DNA from: an uncultured bacterium | GTDB taxonomy: Bacteria; SAR324; NAC60-12 | Direction of reading: 5' to 3' | Assembly (NCBI GenBank): GCA_965662235.1 | Contig: CBFIGY010000001.1 | Span: 320,001-384,000, forward strand | Length of the DNA stretch: 64,000 nucleotides | Shown: positions 1 to 8,390 of the stretch, piece after piece | Position numbering within the stretch: the stretch's first letter is position 1 | Layout of the letters: the number at the start of each line of letters is the position of its first letter | Program-made: the position numbers and the translations under genes | The notes under the pieces: generated by a model | What the model saw: the letters and a program-made list of their open reading frames with translations, nothing else | Told to the model about the DNA's origin: nothing | Databases searched by the model: none

Positions 1-1239
1 CGCCCGGGCGGAAGCCGCCAGTGTGTAAGGCGAACAGAGGTAAACCTGAGAGGTGGGGTCGCCCATGCGTCCCTTGAAGTTCCGGGCGGTGGTGGAGAGG
101 CAAACCTGGTCTGGACCAAGGCGTTGGGGACCGTATCCGGCACAGAGCCCGCAGGCGCTGGGAAGGATGGTCGCACCAGCGTCTTCCAGGATTCGCAACG
201 TGCCCTCTTCGGTCGCCTGCTGGCGGTCTTGCTGAGACGCCGGAGCCACCCACAGCGGCAGTCGGGAGGAAACGCGGTGCCCCTTCAGGAGCCGAGCCGC
301 TGCCCGGAGGTCCGTCAGCTTGGCGCCGGTGCAGGCCCCGAGGTACAGCACGTCCGGAACCACCGACTGAAACTCGGTCACTGGGGCGGCATTGGCAGGA
401 CTGTGAGGCGCTGCGACCTGAGGCGTGAGGGCGGAGGCATCAAAGGCGTGGTGCTCTGCCACAGAGGCGTCGGCGTCGCTTTGCCAAGAAGCCCAGTCGT
501 CGGCGTGACCTCCGTGTTCCTGGAGCCACTGGACCGTGATTTCGTCTGGAGCCACCAGTCCGGCCTGTCCTCCCAACTCAGCAGTCATGTTGCTGAGGGT
601 CATGCGTTCCTGCATGGTCAGCTGCGCAATGGCAGAGCCGGCGTACTCCACGGCTTGGTAGCGTCCTCCGTCCATGCCCAGCTGGCCGCAGAGGAAGAGC
701 ATGACGTCCTTAGCCAGCACGCCGGGGGCAAAGGTTCCGTGCCACTCAACGCGGATTGTCTCTGGAACCCGAAGCCAGATCTCGCCGGTAGCCAGCACGC
801 CGGCCATCTCGGTGGCGCCAATGCCAAACATGTAGCACCCGAACGCGCCTCCGGTCGGGGAGTGACTGTCTCCACCGACCACGAGCATTCCAGGACGCAG
901 GTGCCCCTGTTCCGGAAGCACCACGTGGCAGATGCCCTGCTGGTCATAAAAGCGCGTAATGCCTTGTTCCTGCACCCAGTTGCGAGTAAGGGCCAGGATC
1001 TGCTCTGAGTCGGCGTCAAAAGTGGGAACGTAGTGATCGGTGATCACCACCACTCGGTCTGGATTCCAGACAGGGACTCCCAGCTTGGACAAAATGGGAC
1101 TGACCCGGCGCGGGCCTCCGGAATCGTGAATCATGGCCAGGTCAACCTGGCAGGTCACCAGGTCACCGGGGTGCACGGGATTGCCTCCAGCAGCGCGGGA
1201 GATGATTTTTTCAGCGAGGGTCTGTGGACTGGAATTCAT
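1..1239 (-). CDS. Aconitase-family (LeuC/HacA/DmdA-like) [4Fe-4S] hydratase large subunit; 3' end runs off the window
   Basis: Absent from the ORF track because there is no stop in the window. Manual minus-strand translation from ATG 1239: MNSSPQTLAEKII...MIHDSGGP...ITDHYVP...GICHVV...GGDSHSPTGGAFG...GACTGAK...SACGLCAG...STTARNFKGRMG, with the DH, DSH, three Fe-S Cys and RNFxGRMG motifs. Confidence 0.9.
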   Translation of the reverse strand, partial: MNSSPQTLAEKIISRAAGGNPVHPGDLVTCQVDLAMIHDSGGPRRVSPILSKLGVPVWNPDRVVVITDHYVPTFDADSEQILALTRNWVQEQGITRFYDQQGICHVVLPEQGHLRPGMLVVGGDSHSPTGGAFGCYMFGIGATEMAGVLATGEIWLRVPETIRVEWHGTFAPGVLAKDVMLFLCGQLGMDGGRYQAVEYAGSAIAQLTMQERMTLSNMTAELGGQAGLVAPDEITVQWLQEHGGHADDWASWQSDADASVAEHHAFDASALTPQVAAPHSPANAAPVTEFQSVVPDVLYLGACTGAKLTDLRAAARLLKGHRVSSRLPLWVAPASQQDRQQATEEGTLRILEDAGATILPSACGLCAGYGPQRLGPDQVCLSTTARNFKGRMGDPTSQVYLCSPYTLAASARA

Positions 1240-1345
1240 TGCAAACGATTGCGGGATTGGTCAGTATTTGGGTGACTGAATTTTGACACACTGAACCCGG
1301 AGCGCACAAGCCGTCCGGATTCCTTTCCCTGTTGGAGGCGATTTC

Positions 1346-2725
1346 ATGGAAAGACACACTCCTGCTTACCTGGAGGAACTGACTACTTTTTTGTCCCAAA
1401 CAACCGTACAGGACATTGATGCTGCGGCGTGGGAGCGAGCCCGTTGGGTGTTTGCAGACAGCATTGCTGCCATCGCCGGGGGGGCTGCCGAGCCGGAGGT
1501 GCAGCAACTGACGCAGCGCCTGACGTCCGGGAGCTCCGGAGGGGCGACTGTGATTGGCACCCCACTCAAGGCCGAAGTGCGGACCGCGGCGCTGGTCAAC
1601 GGAACCGCTGGAACGTTTCTTGAGCTGGACGAAGGCAACCAGTTCGGACGCGGCCATCCGGGAATCCATGTGGTGCCGGCGCTGCTGGCCTTTGCCGAAC
1701 AGCACGGCTCCGGCGGAGCAGACCTGCTCCGAGCGCTGATCCTCGGGTACGAGGTGGGGACCCGGATTGGCATGGCCTGCAAGCTGCGGATGTCGATGCA
1801 CCCACATGGCACCTGGGGAACCGTGGGGGCTGCTGTGAGCGTGGGCGTGCTGGCGGGATGCAGCGCGTCGGAGCTGGTGACCCTCATCAACATCAGTTCC
1901 TCGTTGGGCCTGGCAACCAGCCGCAAGACGATGCTGGAAGGTGGAACCGTCCGGAACACCTTTGCTGGTGTCAGTAACCAGATGGGCCTGTTGGCCTATG
2001 ACCTCCTGCAGTCCGGATTCACTGGGGAGCAGGATGGCCTGACCACCGTCTTTGGCAGCGTGGTTTCCGACCAGTTTGATCCGGCGGAGATGACCCAAGA
2101 CCTAGGCTCCCGCTGGGAGATCGCCCGGAATTACTTCAAGCTCCACGCCTGCTGCCGCTACAACCATGGAGCTCTGGACGCGCTTGACAAGATCCTCCAG
2201 CAGCAACCGGTTGATCCGGAGGCCGTTGCAGACGTCCGCGTGGAAACCTATTCTCTTGCGGCCCAGCTTTCCGACCGTCACCCGCAGAACACCCTGGCAG
2301 GAAAGTTTTCGGTGCCCTTCGCCATTGCCACCACGCTGACCAATCGGAGCAGCGGTGTCTCCAGCTTTACCTGGGATCAGATTCGGCGGGAGCAGGTTCA
2401 GAACCTCGCAGAGAAAGTGACCGTGGTGGAGGATCCGGAACTGACGGCCCTGATGCCAGATTTCCGGCCCGCCCGCGTGCACCTGACCCTCAAGGACGGA
2501 ACACGGCTGCAGGCAGAGACGCAGACCAACCGGGGCGACACGGAAGATCCGTACACGCACGAGGAACTCCGTGAGAAGTTCAGCAACCTGACTCAGCGGG
2601 TGTGGCCCTTGGCCGAATGTGCGCCCCTGCATCAGCGCCTCTTGCAGGTGGATGAGCTGACGGACCTCAGTTCACTGATGACAGACCTGCGGGCACTTGC
2701 TCAGCAAGGAGGGGCTCATGCTTAA
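1346..2725 (+). CDS. MmgE/PrpD family protein
   Basis: 459 aa; AALVNGTAGTFLELDEG, HPG, HPHGTWG, YFKLHACCRYNH and KFSVPF motifs; GGAGG RBS. Confidence 0.9.
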   Translation: MERHTPAYLEELTTFLSQTTVQDIDAAAWERARWVFADSIAAIAGGAAEPEVQQLTQRLTSGSSGGATVIGTPLKAEVRTAALVNGTAGTFLELDEGNQFGRGHPGIHVVPALLAFAEQHGSGGADLLRALILGYEVGTRIGMACKLRMSMHPHGTWGTVGAAVSVGVLAGCSASELVTLINISSSLGLATSRKTMLEGGTVRNTFAGVSNQMGLLAYDLLQSGFTGEQDGLTTVFGSVVSDQFDPAEMTQDLGSRWEIARNYFKLHACCRYNHGALDALDKILQQQPVDPEAVADVRVETYSLAAQLSDRHPQNTLAGKFSVPFAIATTLTNRSSGVSSFTWDQIRREQVQNLAEKVTVVEDPELTALMPDFRPARVHLTLKDGTRLQAETQTNRGDTEDPYTHEELREKFSNLTQRVWPLAECAPLHQRLLQVDELTDLSSLMTDLRALAQQGGAHA

Positions 2726-3101
2726 CGCTCGTCAGCTGGAAGCACTGGTCGAGGAGTACTTTGCTGGAGTGGACGCCAAGGACTGGCCGCGGCTGCAGCA
2801 GGTCCTTGCTCCCGATTGCTCCCTCCGGATTCAGACGCATCAGGTGGAGCGCTTGGGCCGAGATCAAGCCCTCTTCAGCGTCTTTGAGTCGTTGTTTGGG
2901 CGCTATGCCTCCATCTGGCACGGCAACTTCCGGCACATTCCGGACCCGGATCAGCAGCGGATTGCCTCACAGTTTCAGGTCCTCAACACCCTTGCAGATG
3001 GCACGCAGTACTCCAAGAGCAACTGCAACTTCTTCACGGTCCGGAAGGGACTGATTGTGGAGATCGACGTCTACATGAGCGGCGATAACACCCTATACTG
3101 A
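2718..3101 (+). CDS. SnoaL-like/NTF2-fold protein
   Basis: ATG 2718 overlaps the MmgE/PrpD end, with AAGGAGG RBS; LVEEYFAGVDAKDW...SNCNFF...IVEIDVYM pattern. Confidence 0.75.
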   Translation: MLNARQLEALVEEYFAGVDAKDWPRLQQVLAPDCSLRIQTHQVERLGRDQALFSVFESLFGRYASIWHGNFRHIPDPDQQRIASQFQVLNTLADGTQYSKSNCNFFTVRKGLIVEIDVYMSGDNTLY

Positions 3102-3102
3102 A

Positions 3103-3804
3103 TCAAAGCCCCAGATAGGACTTCTTCAGCTCCGGATCCGCAGCGAGTTCCTGAGCGGCTCCGGAGAGCGCCACGACTCCGTTTTCAATGACGTAAGCCC
3201 GGTGCGCAAGCTCCAGCGACTGAACCACGTTTTGTTCGACCAGTAGCACGCTCACGCCCTGCTGGTTGATGTCGGCAATGAGCTGGAACATCTCTTCCAC
3301 AAGCAACGGCGACAGTCCCAGCGACGGCTCGTCAAAAATCAGCAGCTTCGGCTCGGCCATCAGGCTTCTGCCAATTGCCACCATCTGCTGCTCCCCTCCG
3401 GAAAGCGTTCCCGCGAGCTGGGTGCGCCGTTCACTGAGCTTTGGAAAGCTGGTGAAGACGCGCTCTAGGTTCCGGGCCCGGTGGGGCTTTCCACGCCGGT
3501 AGCTCCCCATCTCAAGGTTTTCCAACACCGTCAGATTCGGGAAGAGCTTCCGTCCTTCTGGAACCTGCAGGAGTCCCAGATCCACAATGCGGTTGGGACG
3601 CCAGCCCGTGATGTCCTGATCCTCAAAGCGGATTTTGCCCTGGAAGGGGCGGTAGAGGCCACAGACGTTGTGGTTGAGCGTGGTCTTGCCAACGCCGTTG
3701 CTTCCGAGGACGGCAACGATTTCGCCAGCCTGCAGGCTGAGGTTGATGCCGCGGAGGACGGTGACGTGTCCGTAGCCAGCGTGGAGGCCGGTGACTTCAA
3801 GCAT
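3103..3804 (-). CDS. livF: Branched-chain amino acid (HAAT)-type ABC transporter ATP-binding protein, LivF-like
   Basis: GSNGVGKTT Walker A, VPEGR, LSGGEQQM, DEPSLGL. Confidence 0.9.
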   Translation of the reverse strand: MLEVTGLHAGYGHVTVLRGINLSLQAGEIVAVLGSNGVGKTTLNHNVCGLYRPFQGKIRFEDQDITGWRPNRIVDLGLLQVPEGRKLFPNLTVLENLEMGSYRRGKPHRARNLERVFTSFPKLSERRTQLAGTLSGGEQQMVAIGRSLMAEPKLLIFDEPSLGLSPLLVEEMFQLIADINQQGVSVLLVEQNVVQSLELAHRAYVIENGVVALSGAAQELAADPELKKSYLGL

Positions 3805-4543
3805 GAGCCGACTCCTTTGCCGTCAGGCGCTCTGCAGCTCCGTGTCCAAGGTAGGCTTCGACAACATGCGGATTGGCTGCAACTTCCTTGGGCACCCCCG
3901 CTGCGATCAGCTCTCCGTTGTTGAGGACGTAGGTGTAGTCAGAAAGGCTCATGACCGCCTGCATGACGTGTTCAATCAGGAAGATGGTCACCCCAGCGTC
4001 CCGGATGCTCCGGATGGTGGTGAGGATCTCTTCCACCTCACTTGGGTTCAGGCCTGCCATGACTTCGTCCAGCAGCAGGAGCTTCGGCTGGGTGGCAAGG
4101 GCCCGGGCCAGTTCCAGACGCTTACGACCGGCGACGGTCAGGTCGTCTGCAGGAGCGTCTAGGTTCATGCGCATGCCCACCCGCTGGGCAATGGCTTCTG
4201 CGTGTTCCGAAGCCTTTTGCAGATCATCGGTGTGGTGGTAGGCGCCGACCATGATGTTTTCCCGGATGCTCAGCTTCGCAAACGGCTGCGTGATCTGGAA
4301 GGTCCGGACCATTCCGAGGTCACAGATCTTGTGTGGCTTGAGGCCGATGAGGGACTCGCCCTGCAGGAGGATCTTTCCGGAGTTGGGCTTGAGGAAGCCG
4401 GCAACCATGGCAAAGAGGGTCGTCTTGCCGGCGCCGTTCGGACCAATCAATGAGACGATCTTTCCCTCCGGAACCTCAAGGGAGACGTTAGAGACCGCCT
4501 TCAGGCCCCCGAAGCTTTTGGAAACGCCTTCAACCTTGAGCAT
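3797..4543 (-). CDS. livG: HAAT-type ABC transporter ATP-binding protein, LivG-like
   Basis: GPNGAGKTT, RTFQ, LLLDEVMAGL, IEH and C-terminal EAYLG. Confidence 0.9.
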   Translation of the reverse strand: MLKVEGVSKSFGGLKAVSNVSLEVPEGKIVSLIGPNGAGKTTLFAMVAGFLKPNSGKILLQGESLIGLKPHKICDLGMVRTFQITQPFAKLSIRENIMVGAYHHTDDLQKASEHAEAIAQRVGMRMNLDAPADDLTVAGRKRLELARALATQPKLLLLDEVMAGLNPSEVEEILTTIRSIRDAGVTIFLIEHVMQAVMSLSDYTYVLNNGELIAAGVPKEVAANPHVVEAYLGHGAAERLTAKESAHA

Positions 4544-5490
4544 CAGCCTCCCTTGGGTTTGCGTTTGAAGAGACCAATCAGCCCGTCTGGCAGGAAGCCG
4601 ATGATGAGGACCAGAATGACGCCATAGACAATGAGGCTCAGTCCAGGCGTGTCAATGTAGTGCCGTGAGAGCTCGTTGATGGTGTGCAGCACCAGCGAAC
4701 CAATGAAGGGTCCAAAGACGGTGCCCATGCCGCCGATGATGGCGACGAGCAGCATCTCCACCGACTTCTCGACGCCATAGGCGATGTAGGGGTCGATGTA
4801 CAGGTAGTACTGAGCGTAAAAGGTGCCTCCGGCAGCGCCGATGCCTCCAGCGATCATGATCGCCTTCATCTTGTGCCCAAAGGTGTCTACGCCCAAGGCC
4901 TCGGCAGCGTCTTCGTTTTCTCGGATGGCCATCAGTCGTGAGCCAAAGCGGGTCCGCTCCAGCCGTAACGCAATGGCCACGGAGGCAAGGAAGAAGACGA
5001 GGATGACGTAGTAGAAGCCGGTGCGGCCTTCAAACTGGAAGTTGAGGGGGTGCTGATCCAGAGGAATGTAGATGCCCATTCCGGCCCGGGTGAACTCCAC
5101 GGAGTTGGCAATGATCCGGAAGGCTTCAGCAAACGCGAGAGTGATGAGCGCAAAGTAAGACCCCCGCAGGCCAAACCGGAAGCTGAGGAAGCCGACAAAG
5201 GCGCCAACGAGCATGCCCATGAGGATTCCTGCGACCAGGCCGATCCAGGGGTTGATTCCGTAGGTCACATGCAGGATGGAAGACGTGTAGGCGCCTGTGC
5301 CGAAGAAGAGCACGCTTCCGAATGAGAACTGACCCGCATACCCGCCTAGGATGTTCCAAGACTGCCCCAAGGTGGCCGAGTAAAGGACAATGATCGCAAA
5401 GCTGATGAGGAATTCGGAGCCGACAACCCACGGCAACAGCACCAGGAGCAGCACTCCGGCCAGCAGGAGTCGCGGATTGTGCGTGATCAT
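4543..5490 (-). CDS. livM: HAAT-type ABC transporter permease, LivM-like
   Basis: WNILGGYAGQFSFG, LRGSYFALITLAF, AIRENEDAAEALG, IIGGMGT. Confidence 0.88.
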   Translation of the reverse strand: MITHNPRLLLAGVLLLVLLPWVVGSEFLISFAIIVLYSATLGQSWNILGGYAGQFSFGSVLFFGTGAYTSSILHVTYGINPWIGLVAGILMGMLVGAFVGFLSFRFGLRGSYFALITLAFAEAFRIIANSVEFTRAGMGIYIPLDQHPLNFQFEGRTGFYYVILVFFLASVAIALRLERTRFGSRLMAIRENEDAAEALGVDTFGHKMKAIMIAGGIGAAGGTFYAQYYLYIDPYIAYGVEKSVEMLLVAIIGGMGTVFGPFIGSLVLHTINELSRHYIDTPGLSLIVYGVILVLIIGFLPDGLIGLFKRKPKGG

Positions 5491-6359
5491 GCCTTGGCTC
5501 CAAATAAACCGGTGGGACGGAACAGGAGGATGAGCACAAAGATCAGCGGAATGCCGATCTGACCGAGGCTCTCTCCTAAAAAGAGTCCGCCGATCGACTC
5601 GGTGATGCCGATGATGAATCCTCCCACCAGCGCTCCCACAAAGCTGCCCATGCCTCCCAGCACCACTGTGGTGAAGGCGATGACCACGAACACGTGTCCG
5701 ATGGTGGGGGTGACGTAGAAGGACGGCATGAGGAGGCAGGCGGCGGCCCCAAGGCAGGCGATCCCGATTCCGTAACTCATTGCAAAGATGTGGTCGACAT
5801 CAATGCCCATCAGGCGGGCTCCCACACGTTCCTTGGCCACTGCACGGATGGCCTTTCCCAGGTCCGTTTTGGCCATCAGCGCCCAGAGCGCCAATCCAAT
5901 GACAATGGAGGCTCCGAAGGAGATCATCTTCGGCAGCGTCACGAGCGCCGGTCCAATCTCAATCATGTCGTAGGCATAGGAGAGATTGAGGGTCTGGGTG
6001 TCTGCTTTGAAGAAGAAGAGGGCGGCGTTTTCAAAGATCACACTCAGCCCGAGTGTGACCAGGAGGATGTTCTGGTCCTTGCCCTTCGCCAGTTTTCCAA
6101 TCACAAAGCGATACAGCAGGTAACCAAAGATAAAGGCCCCAGGGATGACCACAATGAGAGCAAGGTAGGGGTCTACTCCTGTTAAGGAGAAGAGGAAGTA
6201 AACCGCATACATCGCCAGCATCAACAGGGCGCCATGCGCAAAGTTGATGATGTGCAGCACGCCGTAGATCAGGGTCAGTCCCAAGGCCAACAGGGAATAA
6301 ATGGCCCCGAACATCAAACCGTTGATCAACGCCGTGGTCAGAATCACGGGTTCAAACAT
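5487..6359 (-). CDS. livH: HAAT-type ABC transporter permease, LivH-like
   Basis: LLALGLTLIYGVLHIINFAHG, GKAIRAVA, VVLGGMGS, RPTGLFG. Confidence 0.9.
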   Translation of the reverse strand: MFEPVILTTALINGLMFGAIYSLLALGLTLIYGVLHIINFAHGALLMLAMYAVYFLFSLTGVDPYLALIVVIPGAFIFGYLLYRFVIGKLAKGKDQNILLVTLGLSVIFENAALFFFKADTQTLNLSYAYDMIEIGPALVTLPKMISFGASIVIGLALWALMAKTDLGKAIRAVAKERVGARLMGIDVDHIFAMSYGIGIACLGAAACLLMPSFYVTPTIGHVFVVIAFTTVVLGGMGSFVGALVGGFIIGITESIGGLFLGESLGQIGIPLIFVLILLFRPTGLFGAKA

Positions 6360-6374
6360 GAAGACCGGAACAGG

Positions 6375-6396
6375 TTCCGGGGGAAGTCCCCCGGAA
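6375..6396. other. Intercistronic stem-loop between the substrate-binding protein gene and livH (likely mRNA stabiliser or partial terminator)
   Basis: TTCCGGGGG-AAGT-CCCCCGGAA, perfect 9-bp stem. Confidence 0.6.
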
Positions 6397-6406
6397 GTTC
6401 AGAGGA

Positions 6407-7651
6407 TTAGGCTGGCCGTGGGAAGATGGGCGAAGCCGAGGCGAATTGCTGCGGGAACACCACCTGAGCGTCCACCTGGCCACCGGCCTTTTGGGCTTGG
6501 ATGGCAACGGCGCGTGAGCCGGTGTTCTGACCATTCACCATCTTGGTGGGGCCGTATGGCATGATCAGCGGGTCGAGGCTGCTGTTGGCCAAGGCCTCGT
6601 TGACCGCGTCCGGATCCGTGGTACCAGCACGCTCAAAGGCGTCGGCCAGAAGCCGGATGGAGTTGTAGGTGCAGTAGATCTCAAAGGTGAAGTAGCTGCC
6701 CTGTGCCTCAACCATTTTCCGCATTTCCTGAGCCTTGGCAGACTTCGGATTGTACCAGTGGTTGAAGTCGATCATGTTTTCTGCAACTTCCGGCTGCTCG
6801 TTGATGAACTTGAAGTTGAAGCCTCCGCCGAGCACCGAGTAGCTTGCCATGAAGGGCACCCGCTGTTGCCGCAGGGTCTGAGCCAGCAGGATGTACTCGC
6901 CAGGGTAGTTCACCGGAATGATCACATCTGGCTGCATGGAGCGGATCCGCAGAGCGATGTTGTCGAAGTTCCGGGTGGGGTTGGCGTGCTTGATCGTGGC
7001 CTTGACGTCCCAGCCGCTCTCTTCAAGCTTGCTGGAGAGCAGCTTGGCGGTGCCGCTCCCGAACTCGGACTCTTCATGAACGATCACGGCGCTGCTGGCA
7101 GGGGAGCCGGCGGCTTGGTTGATCTGGTTCAGGTTGTCCACGGCGTCACTGGTGATGCGTCCGTAACCGTCGGCCATCCGGAAGACGTTGGTGAGTCCGC
7201 GCTGCACAATCATGTCTGAGACGCCGACGTCAATTGAGAACGGCAGGTTGTACTTGGCTGCGGCCTGAGTGGCAGCCAAGCAGACTGCGCTTTGGTAACA
7301 GCCTGTAAAGGCGTGCACTCCGGCTTCAGCCATCTTCTCCACCTCTGCCGAACCGATCTCGGGCTTGCCCTGAGAGTCTCCGAGCACCGCCTCTAGCTTG
7401 GCGCCCATCGACTTGATGCCACCGGCGGCGTTGATGTCGTTGATCGCCATCTGTCCACCCAGTCGGGACTGTGCTCCCGGATAAGCGAGTCCCCCGGAAG
7501 CCGGGTGAATGAAGCCGATCTTCACGGTGTTGGACTGTGCTTTCAGGATGGCCGGGAAGCCGGTGATGCCGGTAGCCAGAGCCGTTCCAGCCGCTGCTTG
7601 TGTGAGCAGACGGCGACGGGTGATTTCGGAGGAAGAGAAGGTCTTCTTCAT
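6407..7651 (-). CDS. HAAT-type ABC substrate-binding protein with Tat signal peptide
   Basis: ITRRRLL twin-arginine motif, then PAILKAQ cleavage-like site; VKIGFIHPASG...INAAGGI type I periplasmic-binding pattern. Confidence 0.88.
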   Translation of the reverse strand: MKKTFSSSEITRRRLLTQAAAGTALATGITGFPAILKAQSNTVKIGFIHPASGGLAYPGAQSRLGGQMAINDINAAGGIKSMGAKLEAVLGDSQGKPEIGSAEVEKMAEAGVHAFTGCYQSAVCLAATQAAAKYNLPFSIDVGVSDMIVQRGLTNVFRMADGYGRITSDAVDNLNQINQAAGSPASSAVIVHEESEFGSGTAKLLSSKLEESGWDVKATIKHANPTRNFDNIALRIRSMQPDVIIPVNYPGEYILLAQTLRQQRVPFMASYSVLGGGFNFKFINEQPEVAENMIDFNHWYNPKSAKAQEMRKMVEAQGSYFTFEIYCTYNSIRLLADAFERAGTTDPDAVNEALANSSLDPLIMPYGPTKMVNGQNTGSRAVAIQAQKAGGQVDAQVVFPQQFASASPIFPRPA

Positions 7652-7718
7652 GTTTTTTCCTAGCTTGGAGGTGGTGCCTGTCGCAAGATCGGGCTTTGCA
7701 GGCCCGTCAAAAACCGTT

Positions 7719-7739
7719 AAATCATGTTAGACACGATTT
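7719..7739. promoter_or_regulatory. Palindromic operator candidate in the divergent promoter region
   Basis: AAATCATGT-TAG-ACACGATTT, 8 of 9 arm positions complementary. Confidence 0.45.
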
Positions 7740-7822
7740 TTCCGTGTTGACCAGCAGTTTTTTTCAGAACAAGGGAAAAAGTAGCGGCTGCTTCCACTTT
7801 GAACCTCAAGGAGTTTTCCACC

Positions 7823-8386
7823 ATGCCAGTCATTCAAGCCACCCTCATTGAGGGGTACGATGAGGAGACACGTCGCCACCTCTGCGAGCGCTTAACCGAT
7901 GCCGTCATGGGGTGCATTGCCGCGCCTCCGGACGGGGTGACCATCCTGCTCAACGAAGTCCCGCCGGCGAATTACATGCGGGGGCGGCAGTCTCGAGTGC
8001 CCGGTCCACCGAGCCCCGGTCCGGTGGCCTGCGTTCGGGCGTATTTAGACGCCATGGAGCGTCGAGAGCTCGACACGGCCCAGTCGTTTCTGGCTCCGGA
8101 GTTTGAGATGACTTTTCCCGGCGGCGTTGTGTTCACGCGTCCAGAGGAAGTGGTGAGCTGGGGACGGGAGCGGTACCGCAGCATCCGTAAAACCTATGAG
8201 GCGTGGGATGAGTCCTTTAATGCCGAAGGGTGGGTGGTGAGCTGTCAGGGGACGCTTTCAGGAGAGTGGCCAGACGGAACCCCGTTTGCCGGAATCCGTT
8301 TTGTGGACCGTTTCCAAGGGAAAGGAAGCCTGCTCCACCGCCAACAGGTTTGGAATGATCTGGCAGAGGTCCGGAACCGCCAGTAG
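7823..8386 (+). CDS. 4-oxalocrotonate tautomerase-like domain fused to a SnoaL-like domain
   Basis: Start moved to M-P-V-I (AAGGAG RBS), giving an N-terminal Pro. Beta-alpha-beta pattern to NYMRG, then VRAYLDAMERRE...GIRFVDRF...QQVWND. Confidence 0.8.
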   Translation: MPVIQATLIEGYDEETRRHLCERLTDAVMGCIAAPPDGVTILLNEVPPANYMRGRQSRVPGPPSPGPVACVRAYLDAMERRELDTAQSFLAPEFEMTFPGGVVFTRPEEVVSWGRERYRSIRKTYEAWDESFNAEGWVVSCQGTLSGEWPDGTPFAGIRFVDRFQGKGSLLHRQQVWNDLAEVRNRQ

Positions 8387-8390
8387 CAAC

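Noticed and set aside
124..1008. 294-aa plus-strand ORF
   Set aside because: Antisense shadow of the minus-strand aconitase-family gene, which carries all the family motifs.
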